A stretch of DNA of 63,835 nucleotides, filler included, from Hyphochytrium catenoides (GCA_900088475.1; 6 parts of 6 records of this genome joined end to end with filler, not necessarily neighbours in it); one strand, 5' to 3'; numbered from the whole stretch's first letter, positions 49,144-59,896 are shown. The notes: a model not told the origin generated them from the letters alone. Made by a program: numbers and translations.

Positions 49144-50193
49144 GAGAGAGGTACGAGAAGAAAGAGAGAGAGAGACGCACAGAAAAGAGAGAGAGAAAAA
49201 GAGAGGACGAGAGAGGTCGAGAACAAGAGAGAGAGAGAGAGAGAGAGGGAGGAGAGAGAGAGGGAGAGAAAGAGAGAAGGAGAGACGTGCTGAAGAAACA
49301 GAGAAAGAGAAATGGGAGCAAGCAGCTGAGCAGGCTCCTCTCTACAGTACAGGCCATAAAACGGTAACGGTTGGAAAATTAGTTATCATATACTGATTCC
49401 TTTCAGGATCATAGCGTACCTCGGCACTGATAACTTGGGTTTGGGGAAGAGTTTTCTGTTTTCTGTGAAGAAAGAGAACAGAGAACAGAGAGAGACAGAG
49501 GGAGAGATGAGACAAAAAGAGAGACAAAGAGAGAAATGACAAAGTGAGAGCGAGAGTGAGAGGAGCGAAAGAGAGAAGAGAGAGAGAAAAAGAGTCAAGC
49601 GTGACATGGTGAGGGGGCAAGAAAGAGAGACAGAGACATGGTGAAGGAGAGAGAGATGCGGGAGAGCAGTGAGACTGTGAGACACACACAGAGACAGAGA
49701 CAGAGAGAGAGAGAAAGGGAAAGAGAGAAAGAGAAAGAGAGAGAGAAAGAGAAAGAGAAGGACAAACAGAAAGACAAACAGAAAGAGAAAGAGAAAGAGA
49801 GAGAGAGAGAGAGAGACTGGGCTGGTAGAGATCTTACATAAGAATACGATTCTCTGCCTTGCTGCGACCTGATCGGGAAATCTGCCGCCACTGCCCAGCT
49901 GCCGGTAGAGCCATGACTGCCCGAAAGCTGCAGCTTCTCATTGCGATGAAGCTTCAGAACTAAGAAGCAGACTATCCAGAGTATCACCTAGCTCCACATA
50001 TCTTCCCACTGTGCCGGCGCTCCGACGAAGTCTCTGTTGCGACTCAATAACTGCGAGCATCTGCGCCAGAAATACCAATCTCAGTGCTTACTGCCGTGCC
50101 AGTATTTCTATATCCGGAGAGAGGCAGTGGTTGTTCCTTCACTCTGAACAGGTCTCCTTCGCCGTTAGAGCCCTGCCGCTTCAGGCTTTTCAT
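47530..50193 (-). CDS. Hypothetical multi-exon gene, product unknown
   Basis: Exon-like blocks flanked by GT/AG with CT-rich minus-strand introns: MKSLKRQG..TGTA|VILWIVCFLVLK..SYSY|KTLPQTQVISAE|GPYQY.., later SSWFYYFSNIPFFIFASTIGLACS. I could not chain all exons in one frame. Confidence 0.3.
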
Positions 50194-50207
50194 TCTTCTG
50201 TGGATCA

Positions 50208-52544
50208 ATGTCGGCCACGACGGCACAGGCGCCTCCTCTGAATGGAGGCTCCCAGACAGAGACTGAGCTGACTGGGATCCTTCAGGAGCTCACCAGCAAG
50301 AGGAGAATTGTCCGGGAGACGGCAGCGAAAAAGCTGCAACTTCTCCTGAAGACAAAAGGCGTCTCTCAGCCTCGGATCATCAACGTTGACGCCCTCCTCT
50401 CCTCCCTCTTGAGCCTTATCTGCCACCCTTCCCGCTGGGAGGCTAGAGATGGCGGCCTCACGGCTCTGCAGGTGCTGCTGCACTGGTCGGCACAGCAGCC
50501 AGAGTCTCGTGATTTTCCTTGGAGATCAATGACGGAAGCTGTTACGCCGCTCAGAGAGGACAAAGAAGTGCGTTTGCGTCTCTCAGTAGGAGAGACGCTG
50601 GCTCTTCTGTGTAAGTATGGCGGCGTAGAGCTCTATTCCTCTCTCATTGAGCAGCCACTCCTGCAAAGCATTGAAGAGAATATTTTTCTAGACAGAGATC
50701 CCCTGGCTGATGAGACAGAGGAAGGGCGAAAATTAAAGCAAAAACTCTTAGACGGGATCCGCGCGAATGAAGAGAAAGAAGCTGCGGAAGCTGCGTCGTC
50801 CTCCCCGGGCTCTTCTCCTCGCTCTCCTCGGCTACCAGCCTCTCCCGGCCGTGGACAGAATGGCAGTGGAAGTCCTCGAGGCGGTGCTTCTGGGTCCTTT
50901 CTATCCACGGTGAGCAGCATCTATCATGATACAGCTGGGTGGCGGACTCTGGAGACTGACATGCGGTGCCTAGAGCGGATTATTCAGCACTGCGGAGCAC
51001 AGTTTCGCCCCTGCATCTCCCCTGAACTCCTGGACTTAGTGCTCAACTGCTGTGTCCATCTAAACCGCTTTACTCGTCAGATCGCCTTCGACATTGTCCG
51101 CGCAATCTGTGAGTGCCTTGCAGGCACTGAACGCTTGCAGGAGATTGCGGATGAAGTGGTGAGCAGGCTGCTGATCGGCTTGACAGATGATTGGACAGAG
51201 GTCTGTTATGCCGCCTCCGCCGCCACGCGATCTCTGTTATTATCTATGGAGGAAGCTCGAAGAGAGGAATATTACTCGCGGCTTCTCCCTCGGATGTGCT
51301 TCAACCGCTATTACTTTGCCGATGGGGTGAGGCGCTTCTCTCTCGAGACGTGGAAATTGGTTATGAAGGAGGAAGGACGGACCAAGGTTGCGCGATACGT
51401 TGTGGAGACGGTAGAGTTCTATCTAAGTAGGGCTTTGGCTGAGAATGCGGAGATGAGAGGCACTGCATGTCTCTGTATGGCAGAGCTTCTCTCAAAAATA
51501 CAGCGAGAGGCTGTCTCTCCGCACGTGGAAGTGTTGCTGGACAGCGTAACGGTGTGTTTGGACGACAGCAGTTGGAGTGTGCGCTCCTATGCCTGCCACG
51601 CCGTGCGATCCTTCCTCGATCATTATCCAGAGAGGTGCAAACCGCGTGTGTCAGAGATATTGGACTTGCTTTTTGAGAATCTGGGCGATTCTGTCTGGTC
51701 AGTGAGAGAGGACGCAGCGATCGCCATTGCTAAGCTTTATCAGCAAGAGGAAGACAACGAAAAAGTCCGACTGACAGTGTGGGGGCGGCTCTCTCTTGGA
51801 CTAGAGGCAGTGAAGCTCCAGCCTGATGACCGGCTGCGGTTTGGCTCGAGCGCTGCGGCCGATATCGCCTACGCGAAAGAGTTGCGGGACAACGACTATA
51901 AGCTTCACACCAATCAGCCGGTCACGGACTGCTGCTCAGTGGCTGTGGACTCTGTGAGGCAAAAGCACGAATTCTTTGGACCCTCGGGCACTGTACATAG
52001 CCATTCAGACGGTGGGGATGGAGAGGAGGAAAGAGCGGCATGTTCCCACGATGGACCCTCTCACTCCCACATTGACGATGCAGCCAGCATAGCAGAGTAC
52101 CGGCAGGAGCACCTATGGGAGGTAACAGACGGCTGTCTCTACCTCGTGAGAGAGCTTTCCACTGTCTTCCCTCTGGAGATCGGGCCAGAGCTTATGCAGA
52201 AGTTCTCTGCGGCACTCACTGTGCGGCACTACGTCCACCATCCAAAGTTACTGGAGACTGCGTGCACCGTGCTGCCTACGGTAGCCAAGAACCTAGGCAA
52301 AAAGGCGTTCAAGGCACACTTGGAGCTCTTCCTGGACAGTCTGGTGTACAGTCTTACCATAGAAGAAACGTTTAGAGGAGCCGCCAGTGCTCCAAGTAGG
52401 CTGGCCCTGGAGGCAAAGGAATGCCTCATCGCACTGAGTGCGCTTGTGGGACCAAACATCTTCAAGGGGAGGGTGGAGCTGTACAATCCTTCGTATTGGC
52501 CGGTACTCGAGACAAAGGTGCCGGAGATTGTTCCCCGTGTATAA
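50208..52544 (+). CDS. Intronless HEAT-repeat protein (778 aa), function unknown
   Basis: Single long ORF with HEAT-type motifs (LREDKEVRLRLSVGETL, HLNRFTRQIAF, GLTDDWTEVCYAA, LDDSSWSVRSYAC, LGDSVWSVREDAAIAI) and a His/Cys-rich loop. Confidence 0.88.
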   Translation: MSATTAQAPPLNGGSQTETELTGILQELTSKRRIVRETAAKKLQLLLKTKGVSQPRIINVDALLSSLLSLICHPSRWEARDGGLTALQVLLHWSAQQPESRDFPWRSMTEAVTPLREDKEVRLRLSVGETLALLCKYGGVELYSSLIEQPLLQSIEENIFLDRDPLADETEEGRKLKQKLLDGIRANEEKEAAEAASSSPGSSPRSPRLPASPGRGQNGSGSPRGGASGSFLSTVSSIYHDTAGWRTLETDMRCLERIIQHCGAQFRPCISPELLDLVLNCCVHLNRFTRQIAFDIVRAICECLAGTERLQEIADEVVSRLLIGLTDDWTEVCYAASAATRSLLLSMEEARREEYYSRLLPRMCFNRYYFADGVRRFSLETWKLVMKEEGRTKVARYVVETVEFYLSRALAENAEMRGTACLCMAELLSKIQREAVSPHVEVLLDSVTVCLDDSSWSVRSYACHAVRSFLDHYPERCKPRVSEILDLLFENLGDSVWSVREDAAIAIAKLYQQEEDNEKVRLTVWGRLSLGLEAVKLQPDDRLRFGSSAAADIAYAKELRDNDYKLHTNQPVTDCCSVAVDSVRQKHEFFGPSGTVHSHSDGGDGEEERAACSHDGPSHSHIDDAASIAEYRQEHLWEVTDGCLYLVRELSTVFPLEIGPELMQKFSAALTVRHYVHHPKLLETACTVLPTVAKNLGKKAFKAHLELFLDSLVYSLTIEETFRGAASAPSRLALEAKECLIALSALVGPNIFKGRVELYNPSYWPVLETKVPEIVPRV

Positions 52545-53036
52545 AGGCCCGGTAAATATTAGTTCCACGCTCCTCCCCCTACAAGCCCGCTGTTTCTCTC
52601 TCTCCTATGTCTCTGATTGTTCTCGTTCTCTTCTTCTCTCTCTCTCTCTGTCTTAATTGTCTCTCTTGGCTTGTCCTAGTGTGTTCATTGTATGGTTCGA
52701 TGACTGGGCTATTGGTTTAAAGACAGAATCGCTCTCTCTCTCTCTCTTTCTCTTTTCTGTGCTCTACTAGTGCTGTTCTTCTCTCCTGTGACAGGCTCTA
52801 TCGCCTTTCGGCTTGTTAAGAGACGGAAAGTAGCGTAGCCTAGCGAGGGAAAAGGCAAAGGTGTCATTACGGGTGGATAGTGTACGGAGTTCAGCCAGCT
52901 ATAAATAACGATGATTCTGAGTGAAGCGCCATCATGACTCTCTCTTTCTTCTCCTTTCTCTATGCATACAAGGCAGACAGGTACTTCTGTCGCGTCTCTC
53001 TCTCTCTCTTTCTTCTACCAAGTGTCGCGCGATACG

Positions 53037-53975
53037 TCATGTCTCAATGCACTTCTTGGACTGCAGGTCCTGTCGAGCTGCTAGGACTTTCTTGGGGTGT
53101 ACAGGAGAGAAACACGCAGAAGCTGGGAGCTTTCTCTTCTGGACGATGCTGTCCTTTTCTCTCTTTCCTCTTGGTGCTGTCGTTGTTGCTGACAAGGAAG
53201 CACATCTATCCTGTTCTTCTCTTTTTCCTTGCACTGTGGATTCCCTATGCACGGCAGCCACAAAGTCGAGGAGGATGCGCCCTCCCAGAAGAGGATCGTC
53301 CGTTATGGTGCGGACAGAGAGAGAATCTTCCGCAGTTGATGGTGAAGAAAGAGGGACAAGCTCGTGCGAGAAAGACTTGAGGAGGCCACAGGCACTCTTG
53401 TCTGCCTCAGACATCTCGTCTACTCCTCGTGGAGACTCACTTCCTCCGTCTTCTTCTCCTCCTGCTTGTAACGCCTTACTCTGGATGGCACTCCTGCTGG
53501 CGGTAGAGAGACGAGAGACGTTCTCTTTCTTGCTCTTTGCTTTGCACGTCTTTCCTCTCTCTCCTTCTCGTCTGTCTGGCGGAGTTGCGTCTGACGTTCG
53601 ATGTAAGAGCTTTGAAGTCTGACAGACAGAGGAAGACGGGCTTCGCGGCATCGTGTCGGTGAGAGAGGAGAGAGGGGAGGGGAAGTCTGAAGAAGGCGAC
53701 GAAGAAAGCGGTATGTTGATCTCTCCTTCTGTCTCCGTGTGTCCCAAGCTATAGATTTTGGCTTTGAACCTCTCTTCTAGCTTCTCCAACTCCGAGAGCG
53801 CGTTCCTGGCTGACGGAAGAAAGGCAAGCTCGGCTCTCCGGTGGTAAACCTGCCGTCCAATGCACTCCACACCTTGAAACTGTGTGTGTGTGAGGGAAGA
53901 AAGATAGAGGAGAGAGAGAGAGAAAGTGAAGAGGCAAGGGCACAAAACGGAGACACAGACAAAAGGCAACAGCAG

Positions 53976-54025
<50 letters not shown>

Positions 54026-54200
54026 GGTAGTTAGTCTCAATAAGACCCGCATATGAGCCGTGTGTAATGCAATAGAAAGAACAAGACGGTGCAGTTGGTA
54101 CGGACTACAAGAGTGTAAGAACATGACTTTGACGAGAGAGAAAATTTCGCACTCTCTCTCTCTCTCTCTCTGTCTCTCCGCCTCTCTCTGTCTCCGTTTC

Positions 54201-54235
<35 letters not shown>

Positions 54236-54826
54236 TTCCTCTCTCTGTCTTCTCCTCTTCTTCTCTTTCTTTCTCTCTGTCTCCCCTCCCTCTCGCTAGG
54301 CTGTCTTTGCCTCTCATTCAATCTCTCGCTCTCTCTCTCGCATCGCTCGCTTTTCCTAGTCCAGTGTACCTTCTTTGTGATCCTCATGGGAGCGCATCGG
54401 AGTTTATCTGAGAGAAGCGCTCTGAGCGTAGTACCATCAGGAAGAGGGAGAACACCGTCCTTGAAGCACTTCATCAGGCGCTGGGCGAAGGTCTCTTCCT
54501 CTGTCGTCCACTTCCCTCTTCGTAGTCCGTTCTTATCAAACGTGATGCTGCCCTTTGAGGCACATCCTGCTCCTACTCCTATATGGCTCACTGGAGAAGA
54601 GAGAAGAGAGAGAAAAATGGATGGAGTAAGAGAAGGAAGTGGGAGAGAGAGATGGGGACGGGCAAGAGAACGCACCTTTTTTTATGGAGCTGTGAGGGAA
54701 AGAGTCTGCCTTACTTAAGCGCTCCTCCCTTTGCCCAGAGTCTCCAGTAGAGCAATGTGGAGCTGCAGCAGCTGTCCTAACTTCATTCTCTTTCCCATTG
54801 TGATGAGAAGAAAGAGAGAACTCCAT
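53037..54826 (-). CDS. Myb-like 'RRGKWT...CxPMRIxKK' putative DNA-binding protein, at least 3 exons
   Basis: GLRRGKWTTEEETFAQRLMKCFKDGVLPLPDGTTLRALLSDKLRCAPMRITKK|FQGVECIGRQVY..ELEKLEERF, followed by a Ser-rich low-complexity tail. The start codon is uncertain. Confidence 0.75.
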
Positions 54827-55725
54827 AACGATTCTCTCTCTCCAGGTGCCTCTCTTCTTTTATGAAGTCCACAGCTTTTCCCCTGTTCCTCCCTCTGTTT
54901 CTACGCTTAGAAGAAATATCTTCACTGTCAAACGGGGTAAAGTTGCAAGGAGGACAAGTTGAAGAAGAGAGAGAGAGAAGTGTGAGAAAAGAGAGAGAGA
55001 GAGAGAGAGAGAACGAGGATACGAGTAAGAAGGAAGCTTAACGAAAAGGAATATTCGGCAAACGGCAGGGAACTGCACAGGACACCAGGTGAGAGAGATG
55101 ATGCGGACGGAGCATTGAAGCTTCTGAAGTTGAAGATCTGGAGCTCTGTACACTCTCAGGCAAGCTGAAGCGCTAGACAGAGATCGGAGGTGCAGATGAC
55201 TTGAAGGTGGTGATGATGGGGCAGGAGGTTGAAGGATCCCCTCCTTCCCTCCCATGGTAATGCGACCAGAAGCAGGAGACGGAGAGAGAGAGAGAGAGGA
55301 AAAGGAGGGGAGAAGCGAGAAGAGATTAGACCGCTGGAAGACAAAGAGCAGTTGAGAAAGGGAGAGAGAAGACCACGACGATTAGGGCGAACGAGTAGGG
55401 AAGCAACCACAGCGAGAGAGGGAGAGAAAAAGAAAGAGAGAGAGAGAGAGAGAGACANNNNNNNNNNNNNNNNNNNNNNNNNNNNNNNNNNNNNNNNNNN
55501 NTTAATTAATTAANNNNNNNNNNNNNNNNNNNNNNNNNNNNNNNNNNNNNNNNNNNNGGGAGAGAGAGAGAGAGAGAGAGAGAGACACCGGGGGAGAGAG
55601 AAGAGAGAGAGAGAGAGAGAGTAAGTAAGGAGGTAAGAAACTGTAGACCCTACAGCCTGCCGATACAAAGCCATCAAAGGAGGGACGACAAGAAACATCT
55701 TTCCTTCACTTCTCCTCTTATTTAC

Positions 55726-55957
55726 CTGTCCACCGCCCCGAAGCTCGGGACCTGGATTGGAAGAGCTGAAGCCGAGCTCCTCCCAGAGAGGACTAAAGCG
55801 CTGGAACGGCTGAGAAACGAAGAGAAGAAGGTCACAGTCTCTACGTTAGTTGCGGAACATTCCGGGAAGAGAAAGCATTGAAGAATGGGAGGCACACATT
55901 GTGAGGAAAAAGACGATATAGATATGGAGATGGAATAGGGTGAAGGGGGAGGAACAG

Positions 55958-56008
<51 letters not shown>

Positions 56009-56914
56009 AGAGAAAGAGTAGAGAGACAGAGACAGAGAGAGAGAGACAGACAAACAGAAAGACAGAGAGGGAGGGAGAGGGGGAGAGGGTGGGGTGGGGT
56101 AGGGACAAAGTCAGAAGAGAGAACGCGACAAAAAGAGAGAATGGGACAGAGAGAGAGACAGAGTGATTGGAACAACGGGACAAAAGTGTGACGAAGGACT
56201 GATAAGCAAAGACAGCTGCGGTTACCTTAGAACTGTTAGTCAGGCTGTTCCAAAGTCGCCGTAGCAGCGCCACATGCTGAGGGAGCCCCAGAAGGGAAAG
56301 TGTAAAGAGGAGAGACAGCTGTTAGAGATCTCAAAGAAGACCAAGAAAGACAGAGAAACCCAGAGAGAAAGAGGGAGAAGGAAAAGAGAGAGCCAGCTTG
56401 CCTAGACTTGCTCTCGTCTGAAGAAAGACCCAGGGGCAGGAAAACAAAGAGACAGAGAAAGAGAGAAAGAGACTGAGAAGGGGAGTTATAAAGGTAGGAA
56501 GAGAAAATATCCGAGACAGACAGATAGGGAATGTGAAGGAGGGGAACACGTAAAGAGAGCAGCCACAGAACAAGCAAAAGGAGGGAAAAGGAGAGAGAGA
56601 GAAAGAGAGAGAGAGAAGAGGGAGAGAGAGGGAGGGAGAGAGAGAGAGCCTTTCACCTCCTCTTTCTCTATAAGCCGGGTGTACAGCTTCTTCTGTAGGA
56701 TCAGTAGCTTCACCATCTCCCTGTCCTCAGGCAGGCGGGCAAACTCTGAGTAAGGGCTGGCCGTGTCCCCTGCAAGGCCTAGGAAAGAAAACCAGCTGCT
56801 GAAGGAGAAAGAAGAAGAGAGAGGAGAAGGTTCTGCTGCCTCTTCTTCCCCTATCAGCTTTGGATACCTCGCAGGGTCAGGGTACACGCCGGGACTGCTC
56901 TCTGCGTTTCCCAT
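55726..56914 (-). CDS. ELMO-domain (ELMOD-like) protein, 5' part, with N-myristoylation-type start
   Basis: Phase-0 exons MGNAESS..YTRLIEKEE|HVALLRRLWNSLTNSSK|PFQRFSPLWEELGFSSSNPGPELRGGGQ resemble the ELMO EHxxLLxxLW and WxxxGFQxxxPxTDFRGxG motifs. Truncated at the spacer. Confidence 0.75.
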
Positions 56915-56990
56915 CTTTCCAGACCTCTATCGTTCCTCGGCAAAGAATGAGGAGAAAGCTCGGCAAGAGAGAGAGAGAACAGACAGAGAC

Positions 56991-57025
<35 letters not shown>

Positions 57026-57159
57026 AAGAGGATGGTAGCCCAGGATAGCAGAAAGAAACGCGAGGAGAACTCTTTTAACAGCGCCGGCCTGCACCTAACC
57101 GTACATTCCTACGGAGGGACCTGCTATTCACAGAAAAGAAGAAAGCAAGCTGACAGTAA

Positions 57160-57374
57160 ATGACTAAGGAGACGACGATGTCAACTCTCTTCTCTTTCGA
57201 TGATCTCTATGCCATGGCTCCACTTCTTGCGGCTGCTGTCCTGCTATTGTGCGCGCTGTGCTGCAAGCTCCTGAGAGTAGCCAGGTCATGGCAAGCTGAT
57301 ACATCCATTTAGGGCACCCTCTTTGTCTTGCTCTTCTCGGTGTCCTTCTCTCTACTCTCCCTCTCTCTCTCTCC

Positions 57375-57406
<32 letters not shown>

Positions 57407-57441
57407 TTNNNNNNNNNNNNNNNNNNNNNNNNNNNNNNNNN

Positions 57442-57474
<33 letters not shown>

Positions 57475-57499
57475 TGACAGGTGCTGTCTTACCTGCTGA
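57160..57499 (+). CDS. Possible small Cys-rich single-pass membrane peptide (or first exon of a longer gene)
   Basis: Exon 57160-57284 reads MTKETTMSTLFSFDDLYAMAPLLAAAVLLLCALCCKLLRVA. A CT-rich GT-AG intron containing an N gap leads to RCCLTC-TGA at 57481-57499. Confidence 0.3.
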
Positions 57500-57985
57500 T
57501 TCCACGTCCAAAGGCTTGACTGACTCTTCGAAGACATCAAAGAAATGACCCTCGATGAACGAAACAAAAGGCAAAGTGAAACCTTTCCATCTCTTCACCA
57601 CTAAAGGATACATTTCTAGGGGAATGAAATGTTTCATATCTTTTCTTATTGACATAATCTTTCCGATGTCTTTTCGTGAAGGGGTTTCTGTGTAAGTGAA
57701 AATCTAAGAGATAATTGACGCGTTTTTTGACTTTGACCTCACAATCACGAGGTATTGGGTGTCAAATAAGCTTATTCTTGTCAATTTACCCTTAAAACCG
57801 ATTGTTCCAAAATGTCAAGTATGGACGCAAAATCATGCCCTTGGCCTTCAGGTCAAGGGTCTGAAACGCGAAATTGTGTGTGTGTNNNNNNNNNNNNNNN
57901 NNNNNNNNNNNNNNNNNNNNNNNNNNNNNTTAATTAATTAANNNNNNNNNNNNNNNNNNNNNNNNNNNNNNNNNNNNNNNNNNNN

Positions 57986-59380
57986 AAAGAGTTAGAAGCT
58001 GAGATTTGGACAGTATAAGGACTGCCGTCCATACTACAGGACCCTACATCCAATACCAACGGCGAAGCCAGACCTGTGGCCTACGCTTCCAAGCAATTCA
58101 ACTCGGCGCAACAAAACTATAGTACCCGTGAACAAGAACTACTGGCGATAATCCTGGGGTTAGAAGAATTCGATGTATATCTGCACGGCTCACACTTTGT
58201 TGTTGAGACTGACCACCACACCCTGCAGTCCCTCTTCACCCAGAAGAAGCTCTCTAGACGTCTCACCAGATCGTTGAGATTCCTCGCAGACTACGACTTC
58301 GACATCACCTACCGCCCCGGAACTGGTAACAAGCAAGAGTGAGCTGAACACTCCATCAGTCAGTAGCTTCTTCGCACGCAATCAAGCAAGCAAGCAAGAG
58401 TGAGCTCAACAATCCATCAGTCAGTAGCTAAGCAAGCAAGCAAGCAAGCAAGAGTGAGCTGAACAATCCAACAGTCAGTAGCTTCGCATTCAAGCAAGCA
58501 AGCAAGCAAGAGTGAGCTGAACACTCCATCAGTCAGTAGCTAAGCAAGCAAGCAAGCAAGCAAGAGTGAGCTGAACAATCCATCAGTCAGTAGCTTCGCA
58601 TTCAAGCATAGCAAGCAAGCAAGAGTGAGCTGAACACTCCATCAGTCAGTAGCTTCTTCGCACGCAAGCAAGCAATCAAGCAAGCATGCAAGAGTGAGCT
58701 GAACAATCCAACAGTCAGTAGCTTCGCATTCAAGCAAGCAAGCAAGCAAGAGTGAGCTGAACAATGCATCAGTCAGTAGCTAAGCAAGCAAGCAAGAAAG
58801 CAAGCAAGAGTGAGCTGAACAATCCATCAGTCAGTAGCTAAGCAAGCAAGCAAGCAAGAGTGAGCTGAACAATTCCATCAGTCAGTGGCTTCGCAAGCAA
58901 GCAAGCAAGCAAGCAAGCAAACAAGAGTGAGCTGAACACTCCATCAGTCAGTAGCTTCGCATTCAAGCAAGCAAGCAAGAGTGAGCTGAGCACTCCATCG
59001 GTCAGTAGCTTCGCAAGCAAGCAAGCAAGCAAGAGTGAGCTGAACACTCCATCAGTCAGTAGCTAAGCAAGCAAGCAAGCAAGAGTGAGCTGAACAATTT
59101 CATCAGTCAGTGGCTTCGCAAGCAAGTGCGCTCAAAAGTCCATCAACAGCTCCATCAACAGGTTGCCGAAACCAGAATCAGAAAAGGCCACTGTGGTCAG
59201 TCCTGGGGGTTATTGTAACGAGAGAGCGCTAACGCCCTACACCTACCCTTACAGGTCACTAACATGCTAGAACAAGTAACACCGAACGACAGCATCCATG
59301 GGCTACGACGAACTATCCGTGCGCACGTTGACATTGTTGAGAGCAGAAGCTGACAAGAGCTCTAAAAGGCTCACAGTTCC
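57986..59380 (+). mobile_element. Decayed Ty3/gypsy LTR retrotransposon fragment: RNase H, tandem array, probable PPT and start of 3' LTR
   Basis: RPVAYASKQFNSAQQNYSTREQELLAII..FDVYLHGSHFVVETDHHTL..RFLADYDFDITYRPGTGNK is the Ty3/gypsy RNase H region. It has an in-frame stop upstream and ends prematurely at 58342. GGGGGTTAT followed by TGTAACG at 59214 fits a PPT and LTR start. Confidence 0.88.
58331..59127 (+). repeat. Composite minisatellite: 14 copies of a 32-bp core separated by variable (AAGC)n linkers
   Basis: Core GAGTGAGCTGAACA(A/C)TCCATCAGTCAGTAGCT starts at about 58337, 58398, 58452, 58510, 58564, 58623, 58692, 58750, 58808, 58858, 58925, 58979, 59033 and 59083. The period is 50-69 bp. 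Confidence 0.95.
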
Positions 59381-59516
59381 NNNNNNNNNNNNNNNNNNNN
59401 NNNNNNNNNNNNNNNNNNNNNNNNTTAATTAATTAANNNNNNNNNNNNNNNNNNNNNNNNNNNNNNNNNNNNNNNNNNNNTCTCTCGCTCTCTCTCTCTC
59501 GCTCTCTCTCTCTCGC

Positions 59517-59550
<34 letters not shown>

Positions 59551-59724
59551 GCTCTCGCTCTCGCTCTCTCGCTCTCGCTCTCTCGCTCCTTCTGTCTACT
59601 TGTCTTTCTCTTTTCTAGTTAAAATATTGCCCTTTACTTTGTAGTGTCGCTACCTCGCCTGTCTCCAAACTTACTTGTTTTCTATGTCTCTCTTTCTCTA
59701 ATCCTCTTCCGGGGGACTTGGCAG

Positions 59725-59852
59725 GTGGCTTTTAAAGGAATGCCCTTGCTTTAGAAGGCCGAGGAATCCGATTCCCCTCTTGATTGTCCACGGAGACAAG
59801 CGGCGCATAGAATGTGTGCAGCTATCATCATCTTCATCCAAGTGCGCCAAAG

Positions 59853-59896
<44 letters not shown>

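Noticed and set aside
58331-59127. True CRISPR array
   Set aside because: The spacers are low-complexity (AAGC)n and recur rather than being unique, there are no cas genes, and the context is a eukaryotic retroelement.
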